From: Perna viridis
Taxonomy: Eukaryota
Assembly (NCBI GenBank): GCA_037379345.1
Contig: CM074511.1
Coordinates: 47,808,862-47,872,861 of the forward strand
Direction of reading: 5' to 3'
Length of the DNA: 64,000 nucleotides
In this document: piece after piece, positions 56,601 to 64,000 of the stretch
Layout: every line of letters starts with the position of its first letter
Numbering within the stretch: the first letter of the stretch is position 1
The notes under the pieces: generated by a model
The model's input: only the letters and a program-made list of their open reading frames with translations
Database searches by the model: none
Told to the model about the DNA's origin: nothing
Position numbers and translations under genes: made by a program

Positions 56601-59600
56601 ATATCAGACTGATATGTTTCTGTTCAATGAAGACAGATGTCTTTGTGATAAGACTTGTATCCTATCGTTTCGTAAGGACAGATGTCCATGTGATCAGACT
56701 GACATCTTACCGTTCAGTTTGGACAAATGTCCAAGTGATCAGTCTGACATCTCACCGTTCAATTAGGACAGATGTCCATATGATTAGACTGACATCTTAC
56801 TGTTAAGTTAGGAAAGATGTCCATGAGATCAAACCAAAATATTACCATTCAGGTAACTACTAGCTTCACTCTGTATTCCTGATGAGTTGATTGGTGGAAG
56901 TTTGGTGTGGTTCTGGTACCCATTACTGGTACTATAATCTGGTTTCTGTGTTACCCTAGGTGATAATCCTAATCTCTCAACTGTACCACCAAGATTATCT
57001 TCTTTTAGATACTCATGTAGACTGAAGAATAACAAACATGTCAGCTACTTGCTCAACAAAACTGTTTCTATTGTTTAATCAACTTTAAAAAAAAAATAAA
57101 ATGATCAACATTTTTTTAAATGAAGAATTTATAGTAAGCAATATAAATTTTCAAGATTTGTAAGAATTGGAAATACATCATAAGGTTTAATATAATATTT
57201 GTGAATGTTTTCCTTTTTGTATATAAACTGTGTTTATTAAAACACTATTTTGTTACCTTTTGCGCCTAGGAACAGGAAGTGACTGTCTCAATCTTGGATC
57301 CTCGGGGCTGCTTGGTCTGAATGGTCGAGGGGTAAGGAAATAACTCTCCTCTGTCGTGAATGCTTAAATTGATAAGCAGAAATCAGTGATTACTTATTTA
57401 ACTCTAAGAAAAGACCAACATTCATACTACTGTTGTGACATACTGAAGAACCAATACAAATGCCCTAGTCATTGGGAGATTATCACTTACATTCATAACA
57501 AATAATTAGCAGGTTATTTCTCTGCATCTTATATTTACCAATCAGGAAATCATTCAATACTGGATACAGTACATTTGAAAAAATTATTTGCTGTCTGCAC
57601 CAAGAAAAATTATTAGAATTAAAAGCTTTTATTCAAAAGGTGCCATGTTAAAAGAAGCTTGTGTCAACAAACTGTGGACAATGTAAACTTTCATATTGAG
57701 ACCACTATTAAAAACTTAGTTATAAAACAAATAAGCCCTATATAAAAAAAAACAAATTTTTCAAACCAGTCTTTCATCAACTGTACAAATATAACCAATA
57801 AAAATTAAACTAAGAATTTATGTCCTATATTTTTACTCTATGAATGGAATGTTGTGGATATGGATATTCATCTATAATCACAAATAAAAACTCCCTGTAT
57901 GTTCTCATGTAATTAAAGAGATCAGTTTCACTTAAGGATAAACTAGGATCATAAAATTAATGTACATGTAAATTATATTGTAGTGCATGTATGATAAAAG
58001 ACATAGGAATATTTGTCCATGGATTACATTAAATAGGAAAGTTACAAACTTACAAAGTAATGAACAGAAAGGAACGATTTCAACAAGGCTCGTCAATAAT
58101 TTTTAACTTTTTAATAAAAGTGATTAAATATTGTTCCTAGCCTTGCTTTGTTGGTAAGGAGTAATTTGATCTATTATATTTGCTTGTTCCTTTTAACACC
58201 TGGTATATGGTAAGAAAATTAAACTAATAAATTGGGAAAAATCAAACAAATTCTCTGAAGTTAAAAGGTTCTTGACAATGGCACAAATTTTGACCAATCT
58301 ATGGGGAATTTATAAATTGGAAATATTTAGTACATATTCTAATTCATAGAATTAATGTCAAGATGGTAATAATCAACCTGCATCATTGAGCAAAACACAA
58401 AATGATGTGTCCAATATTACAAAACAAATTCCTAGCTAGGGACTAAAACCAGCATCCAACATCCTGCAGCCCCTCAACTACTGGGGCAATAATTAACATA
58501 TAAGGACTTTAATGAAGGTCACAAAGGAAGAACTGAAAGAGTCATATTTACTTTCCATTGATTTGTCAGAAAATCAGGCTATGTCATTGTAACTAAATCA
58601 TGGGCATGTCTAGGTCTTCATGCCTGTCTAAGTCAAATTAAGCTTGAAATGGTTGTAGACTGATACAATCAAAGGTTTTAGACTGTCCCTGATCAGGGGT
58701 AAAATGAGAAGGTTCAGATCCAACCTAAGACCTGCTATAAAAAATATATAGGTACTGCTTTCGTAAATAAAAAAAGTTTTTAAGACCCACACATATACTG
58801 AAGTGCCCTTCAATTCAAATGGAGTTGTCAGTCATTATTAATCTTTATGAAAAAATCTTATCCTAATAATTATAAACACCAACTAATATATCATATCTGG
58901 GACAAGTGGCGATATCACTTTCAAGTGCAGTTTAGACAAACATATCTAAATATTAGTAGAGGGTCCTGTCCATGGAAGCATTGTTTGGTTATGTTTTTTT
59001 TATACACTCATTTTTGCTATTTAGTAGGTCCAAGTTTTCCTATTTCATAAAAAGTAAATTTATTGTTCAAATATTTGAACAGTGCTAGGACATAAAAGTA
59101 TAATTACCTCTGAATGAGAAGCCAAATGATTGAAACATAATAAATTAATGGTAGTCAAAATGGGAAGCAGAAGATCAGAATATTTTTTTTCTGTATTTCA
59201 CCATTTAGAATGATGTTTTGTAGTGTACAAAAAATAATTAATTAATATAATAATTAACCTTAGTAACCTTTACTCAAATACTGTTAACATTAATCTTGCT
59301 CCAATACTTAGCCATTACTGAGTAGAGAAGGGTCAATATAATAGCAAATAATACTATATTTATAAAGGATGAAGTGTAGCTGATACCAAACATGTCCCCT
59401 TTGAACATACAGTGTGGCCCTTCATATTTTACAATGATTGAAAGTAAAATTTAGAGAATGGCCTATTTCAATGAAATGCAGAATTTAAATGAGCCTTTCT
59501 TTAATATTCCTTGACAGAAATTCAGATTTCAGAGAAACATTGTCATAAATTCTGTTATAAATGGAACTTTACATGCAGGGCCTTTAATACAGACTAGTCA

Positions 59601-61832
59601 AATTTTGGAAATTATTGCCTAAATATATCAAAGGATTAGTATGTAGTCAGATTAACCTGATTTACATAAATATGAATGTTGATCATGGTGTAGGAAAAAC
59701 TGTTTTCCTGAAACTTGTATGAAAGGTCACCAAAATTAAATCAAAATCTCATTAGAGAAGTCCATAACCTAAAATGAAGCTCAGACAACCATATATAGAG
59801 ACTACTTAAATTTGAAACAACTGTTGAAAACTTTAATCTAGGTGATATAGATGATTGACCTTAATGGCCTTTAGAGTATTGTTATGGCTACTTGTGGGGT
59901 AGATATACTACAGTTAAATGACGCCCATTCACTTTGACTAGCCACAGGATAGAACTGTGTTGATAGTTGACAAATATTTATATTTACTCCATATATCAAT
60001 TCAATTGACACAAACTAACTTCTTCTCTGCATTGATCTTCTAGGTATAACACAATTTTTAATTCCTTTTCAGAATTCTTTAATACTTAACTTATCAATAG
60101 GTCAAAGTCAATTGGGAGGGTTTTAAGTCATAACATGTAAAAAGAAATATTTTTATCTAGGTCTATAAATACCCAAAAGACTAGTTTCACAAGAAATATC
60201 TCCTTCGTTAATGAGTGGTTTAAGTTAATTACCTACAAGGGTAAAAATAAGATTTTTAACACATAAGTATTAGAAACAATGTTAAAATCTTAATTCATCA
60301 TAGAAAGTGGAGAAATAGATTCAATTTAGAATAGGCTGAAGGAGCTTCAATTGCTCCCATGAAATCTGTAGACAACTTGGATTGTAAAAGGGCATGAAAT
60401 CTCTAACAGCAATATCATCACTTCCTGCTGATTAAAATGTCACATATATTTTTAATCACTGGCATAAAATGAGAGAAATAAAATATCACCAATGCCATAC
60501 ATACAATGTACCTTGTAAGTGTCTAACACAAAGTTATATGGAAAATTAGTTTTACATAAATTTACACCTGAACAAAAACAAATATGACACCTCAAAATAA
60601 GCAAACAAAATCATTTTAAAAAGGACTGTAGTCAAAGAATGGCCTCAAAAAGTCAGGGCTCCTGTGTCAGTGGGACAATACAAGTGGACTTGGCAGCCCT
60701 GACATTTTCAGGATAAGAGTGGCCATGCAAGAATTTGTAACATAAAGTATATATATATATATATCGGAGTCATAAATTGATATTTGAAAAGCCCTATCAT
60801 AATTTAAACCATTTCACTGAACAAAATTTGCTATTTTGTATAAGTTCCTTAAAACAGTTTTGAAATGAAATGAAATCAAATGATTTTTCATTGTCAGACG
60901 GAGCTAATATTCATATCAATTTTAATTCTTTACAAGGTAAAGGCCACTGGTCATTCAAAATATTAATATAAGCCACTTTACTTTGTGATTAAGAAGGTGT
61001 AAATGAACAGTTCAGTAAAAATACATTGTATCAGGAGTCCAAATATGATTCAAACAGTGGTGATTTTAAACTTTATTGAAACAGCGGCAAGTTTTCAATA
61101 AAAATAGTGGTGTCAATGTCCCCACATTTGTACTGACCACCTTTCATTCACCTTGGGCTTATTTCACTTTAAAAATACTGATATGGCAAACATACTAGAC
61201 TATTTAAATAAAACTGGAAAGTAAAAGATCATCCATCATATAAACTTTTGTAAAAGCTTGAATTATAGTCTAAGAATAATTGAATGTAAGTGTTTGTAAG
61301 AATCAGGCAAAATGGGAAAAATCACAAACATGCATGTCAAAACCCCACTGTTCTGACAATGTAATATCACTCAACTTCAAGGATAATTTCTCTATTCGAA
61401 AAGACCATTATTTGATATCAGCATCACTGGCTTTGCACAGAAATTTTTCAAAAGAATCTTAGAAAAATGGTTTTTGACAGAGTTATCTGCCCTTGAAATG
61501 TTCAGCATAATGTGGAAAACCTTGTCTGTTTTCCTTGGTGCAAGTAGTCAAATTACACTACCAAAATGATGGTTTTTTTAAACCATGTTTTACCAACTGC
61601 CTAATTCTTACAGGGACTGACATTTAATGAAGAAATATTACTTACAGAACCTTGTGGTATCATAAATATATGATGTAGTAAGATGACGTGCCTGAGGACT
61701 GTAGTTATTCCCAATAGAATCACTGACATGACGGAAGTGTTTCTGTTCTTTAGATGGTGCTGCTTTAGTAAATGATCCCTGTTCTAAGATTTTTGGCTTT
61801 CCACTGTATGCAGGCTGCAATAGAGCAGGCAT
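2303..61832 (-). CDS. DNAH3: Axonemal dynein heavy chain, inner-arm type, DNAH3-like (DNAH3/7/12 group); 66 exons in window, 3'-partial
   Basis: Exons joined at GT/GC-AG sites with consistent phases throughout. Walker A motifs: GPAGTGKT (AAA1), GDPLGGKT (AAA2), GPTGTGKS (AAA3), GIGGSGRQS (AAA4). Other hallmarks: [52 protein letters not shown]. The N-terminal [10 protein letters not shown]...SDSIGNNYS resembles vertebrate DNAH3 as recalled from memory. Family call is secure; exact paralog is less so. Confidence 0.93.
3011..3173. mobile_element. Short palindromic MITE relic with poly(A) expansion
   Basis: agtttcataaa..ctcaa inverted to ttgag..tttatgaaact; internal ttcctca/tgaggaa. Confidence 0.55.
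5730..5930. mobile_element. Degenerate DNA-transposon relic similar to 13255-13825
   Basis: ttcgtgg/ccacgaaa motifs and a 3' end ...ttcacagta. Confidence 0.45.
6758..6943. mobile_element. MITE with ~32-bp TIRs (GGCC-ended)
   Basis: gccaaaataaaaaatatcctagattctcatcc versus reverse complement of ggatgagaatctaggattttatttattatggc. Confidence 0.7.
8401..8518. repeat. Inverted repeat followed by a telomere-like (TTAGGG)n tract
   Basis: accatgggctggccatttatgttg inverted to cgacataaatggtcagcctgtggt, then gggtttagggttagggttaggttta. Confidence 0.6.
9525..9562. repeat. (AAGT)n microsatellite
   Basis: Directly visible imperfect tetranucleotide run. Confidence 0.8.
12112..25183 (-). CDS. DNAH3: Dynein heavy chain exons 36-48, AAA2 lid, AAA3 and AAA4
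   Basis: Exons 25039-25183, 19335-19573, 18857-19006, 18310-18526, 17816-17929, 16868-17017, 16347-16526, 15329-15470, 14804-14994, 14314-14409 (GC donor), 13873-14064, 12895-13046, 12112-12274. Motifs [50 protein letters not shown]. Confidence 0.95.
12555..12940 (-). repeat. Degenerate ~45-50-bp tandem array derived from the exon 47 3' end and donor
   Basis: Decayed copies of TGTCAGTACTTTCACCAGAGTGTCAGGTCTATGTCAGAAAG|GTAAAT run into the intron. Confidence 0.7.
13255..13825. mobile_element. Non-autonomous DNA transposon (TA-CTGTAAA...TTTACAG-TA ends)
   Basis: Short TIRs with TA flanks; subterminal CpG-rich ttcgc/gcgaa motifs at both ends. Confidence 0.65.
15866..16290 (+). mobile_element. 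Interspersed repeat fragment (ACAAGAGG...ATCGCTCACC-headed family)
   Basis: Head acaagaggctcccaagagcttgaatcgctcacct with internal duplicated caagggcaataa and ataaggatcatttcag blocks. Family class not determined. Confidence 0.4.
21690..21825. repeat. 29-bp tandem repeat, ~4.5 copies
   Basis: Unit catgcattctaaatatagacagtttccaa. Confidence 0.85.
24344..24566. mobile_element. Degenerate MITE, similar architecture to 6758-6943
   Basis: ggcctaaa...tgtgtttcctat at left, inverted ataggaaacaca...tttggc at right. Confidence 0.5.
27526..34106 (-). CDS. DNAH3: Dynein heavy chain exons 25-35, AAA1 and AAA2
   Basis: Exons 33998-34106, 33450-33740, 32933-33214, 31976-32140, 31606-31740, 31070-31157, 30292-30422, 29543-29643, 29273-29387, 28309-28442, 27526-27789. 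Motifs [45 protein letters not shown]. Confidence 0.95.
29885..30168 (-). mobile_element. Degenerate bivalve-type SINE (MetaSINE-like), 5'-truncated
   Basis: (TGAT)n tail at left. Body gtgctagctcac..caacag..tctgactcc..caaccagtc..ctccttaa..tgc..gaagcaa..aattttaaagt resembles an abundant bivalve SINE as recalled from memory. Confidence 0.6.
34383..37755 (-). CDS. DNAH3: Dynein heavy chain exons 19-24, linker (DHC_N2)
   Basis: Exons 37555-37755, 37075-37214, 36810-36900, 36044-36493, 35071-35209, 34383-34581. Motifs [52 protein letters not shown]. Confidence 0.95.
38419..38677. repeat. ~37-38-bp minisatellite, ~7 copies
   Basis: Unit acaaatgtgacacacatgagaatcatatgaggtgata(a). Confidence 0.9.
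38687..47389 (-). CDS. DNAH3: Dynein heavy chain exons 7-18, tail/stem and start of linker
   Basis: Exons 47285-47389, 46710-46840, 46336-46534, 45490-45696, 43769-44019, 43252-43456, 42006-42209, 41452-41582, 40746-40941, 40163-40357, 39338-39526, 38687-38815. Motifs [41 protein letters not shown]. Confidence 0.9.
47132..47309 (-). repeat. ~75-bp tandem duplication spanning the exon 7 donor (3 junction copies)
   Basis: aaacctt(a/g)at(t/a)g(a/g)cat..gta(c/a)ac(c/a)aag occurs three times, with two copies of ttcagtttatgcc.actcgttctaaaatatatgatat.ttgtatac. Confidence 0.85.
47816..48089. mobile_element. MITE with TIRs and TA target duplication
   Basis: Left end TACACAGGCAAATGTGCCAC versus reverse complement of right end TACACAGCCAAATGTGCCAC (1 mismatch), extending to about 37 bp. 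Interior consists of catatgat/atcatatg subrepeats. Confidence 0.8.
48128..61832 (-). CDS. DNAH3: Dynein heavy chain exons 1-6, low-complexity N-terminus
   Basis: Exons 61646-61832 (acceptor at 61843, so an upstream exon may exist), 57257-57362, 56846-57021, 49378-49536, 48616-48796, 48128-48266. Phases 1,2,1,1,2,0 chain without stops ([12 protein letters not shown]..., [23 protein letters not shown]..., [10 protein letters not shown]...). Confidence 0.75.
50286..50562. mobile_element. CAGTGAA-ended MITE with gtttagacagg subrepeats; related copies at ~17573-17742 and ~31420-31585
   Basis: All three loci share cagtgaa/aaacctgtc-type left ends and repeated ggtt(t/c)agacaggttt ending in a ttcattgta-like inverted end. 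The TA flanks are Tc1/mariner-like. Confidence 0.55.
50684..51195 (-). mobile_element. Young non-autonomous retroposon (SINE-like) with 13-bp TSD
   Basis: Perfect direct repeat ATTTAAATTTGTG at 50671-50683 and 51196-51208. The body is GC/CpG-rich in an AT-rich intron. The minus-strand 3' end is ...GCTGAAATATTGCTGCTCGGACGTTAAACCCCAACAAACAAA with a (CAAA)n tail. Internal GCACGTTAAAAAACCC resembles the Nin-SINE domain as recalled. Confidence 0.85.
52252..52626. repeat. 47-bp minisatellite, ~8 copies
   Basis: atgga(c/a) anchors at 52261, 52308, 52355, 52401, 52448, 52495, 52542, 52589. Confidence 0.93.
54652..56827. repeat. 45-bp minisatellite, ~48 copies
   Basis: Unit ATCAGACTGACATCTTACTGTTCAGTTAGGACAGATGTCCATGTG; produces the 15-aa periodic ORFs in the track. 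Confidence 0.95.
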
Positions 61833-64000
61833 AGTAATGGTAACTAAAATGGTATATACATGTACCTTGTTCATGTATGAAGGGCAGTGTTATACAACAC
61901 TTTAAATCAGAACATTCATTTCTACTCTTTTTAGTATTTTCAGTAAGGTTCATACATGTATCTTTTTTAGGTGTACTTTATGGTTCTTTTGAGTCTTACA
62001 TTTTGTTCAACATGTGTTGTAATTTTGGTGTTCCCAGATTTGTCTTTTCAAAGGATTTCCTTTCATTTGCATCTTTGGTATTACTTCTTCTTATATATAT
62101 TTGACAACATAAATTGAGTTAAATCAAAATATTCCAAAAGGACCATAGCAAGGTTTCTACTTGTTCCTACATCTATTTATGACATTAGGTTACCAGGTAA
62201 CTTGTAGATCCAAATAACAGGTTGATTTTTTTTCTTATGATACAAGAACTACACACTGCAAATAACTCATACTAGATTCATCTTTGTAATACTTCAATCA
62301 ACTACAGGCTGACAGACATACAGACAAATAAAATGTAAAACAATCAGCACAGCAAACCATTAAATATGAAGGCTCAAGAATTAATCTGAGGAAAATATAC
62401 GAGACATTTCTGCACTAAGCTTCAAAATAGTGGAAAACCCAAACCCATCACTCATGGTAATAATGTAGAATATTGACTCCACAGGAAACTGCAAAATATC
62501 TTTAAGGAAATTTCTGATACTAAAAGACCATAGGAGGTCCATTATCAGTTTATATTTTATTCATAATAAATTTGTTCAATCATTCTCATAACACTTATTT
62601 CAAAGGTTTTTCCTTTTGTCACAAATTGAAAGGATATTGAAATATTAGATATAATATTGTAACTAAGATGAAAGAACAAGTTTTGCACTGTCACCTAGGT
62701 TCAATTATGATATTTTACCACAATGTAATTGATGAATGTATGAATTACATAATGAAATGTTTTTTTTCCAGATATTTCAATAAGCAAGTTCTAAATTCCA
62801 TGATACATGTAATCATAAATAAATTTATATTGAGTTAAAATCTCATGATCTTTCATAAAGTAATCTATTCATACAAGAAGATTTTAATATTATACACAGT
62901 ATGACTGTGAATAGAGTGACATTAAAATTCTCCCTGCAATGCAGGAGATAAAGTGAAGATATCAAAATATAAACATTTTAATTACACCAAGACAGTTCAT
63001 ATTGATTTCAAAAGTTCTCCAATCAATCAATAGAAATCGAACAGAAATATATGATTATCTTGGAACATGTAAACCTAAAACAAACATATTTAGTTCAAGA
63101 AAGATTTACCAGCAGATATTCTCAAGACTTATCTCACCAAAGTATAATCAACATTATTGTCGTGTCAGGTATAGGGTTCTTCGTCGATCAATCTTTAACC
63201 TAAATAACCAAAAGTGATTGAAACATTCTACATGTCCCTAGTAGCTATCCCCACACTTAAAACTTGATCATTTTGATAGCGTCCTGGACAAAATTAACTA
63301 AGTTGAAAAATTCAGATATGGTCAAGGGATATTTAATGAACATTAATGTAAACTGAAAAAATAGTACACACAAAATAACACTGTATATTGTATGATGTTT
63401 TATATTTAGTTGTTAACCGCAATTGTATAGACAACACCACCAGTTATTCCTATTTTTCTTTTTTTAAAGTTAATAACTGTATCAACTTACAGGGGTATTG
63501 ATTCAAGGTTCAACTAAAATATTGGTCAATAGGAATTTTAAAATTTGCCAAAGGACCATTTTTTTTTTTTTTTCAATTTCAAAAGTCCAATTGTGAGGCT
63601 AAATTTCATTAAACATCTCTAAATGAGCATAATTTCATCACATTGTGGTAAAAAATGGTTTTTGTAATTGATTATTTGGTACTTTACCAAGGGGTCTTTC
63701 TTTTCCAATTTGTTGCTGTGTAAGTTGTCTTTTTACATCTAATTCCTATGCCCTGGATTTTTTTTTCTTCAGAAATCCTAAGATTAACACTGAACCTACC
63801 ACCGTCAAAATATGGTAGTCTTACTACAGGTTGTAACAAAATGTCATTAATTAGAAAATGTCATTTTGAAATTATTTTTCTGTCTTTCCAATTGACTCAT
63901 CAATAATTAATCTTGGAAGAAAAAATGAAGTTGACTAGAGCTTGTATAATTCCCTTTTTGTTATGAAAATCTGAATCAAAATAAAGCTGTTGTAGCCTGA

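Noticed and set aside
55233-56806. 185-, 134- and 73-aa plus-strand ORFs
   Set aside because: Translations of the 45-bp minisatellite, interrupted by stops, with no unique sequence.
52252-56827. CRISPR-like appearance of the tandem arrays
   Set aside because: No unique spacers, no cas genes, and a eukaryotic intron context.

Overview
AT-rich animal genomic DNA, most likely from a bivalve mollusc judging by its SINE/MITE types (inference). Almost the whole window is one minus-strand gene for an axonemal inner-arm dynein heavy chain (DNAH3-like). I traced 66 phase-consistent coding exons by hand (~10.8 kb CDS, ~3600 codons), from a probable ATG at 61832 through tail, linker, AAA1-AAA4, stalk/MTBD, AAA5 and into AAA6; the 3' end is not in the window. 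Introns carry MITEs, SINEs, a young TSD-flanked retroposon and several minisatellites. Most interesting: (1) a fairly regularly spaced cluster of candidate frame-preserving microexons in the unusually long intron between AAA2 and AAA3, with further phase-matched candidates elsewhere; (2) recurrent tandem duplications centred on 5' splice sites; (3) a SINE-like retroposon whose 5' head looks like a pseudoknot rather than a tRNA; (4) a minisatellite apparently derived from a MITE end. All calls are by eye; no searches were run.
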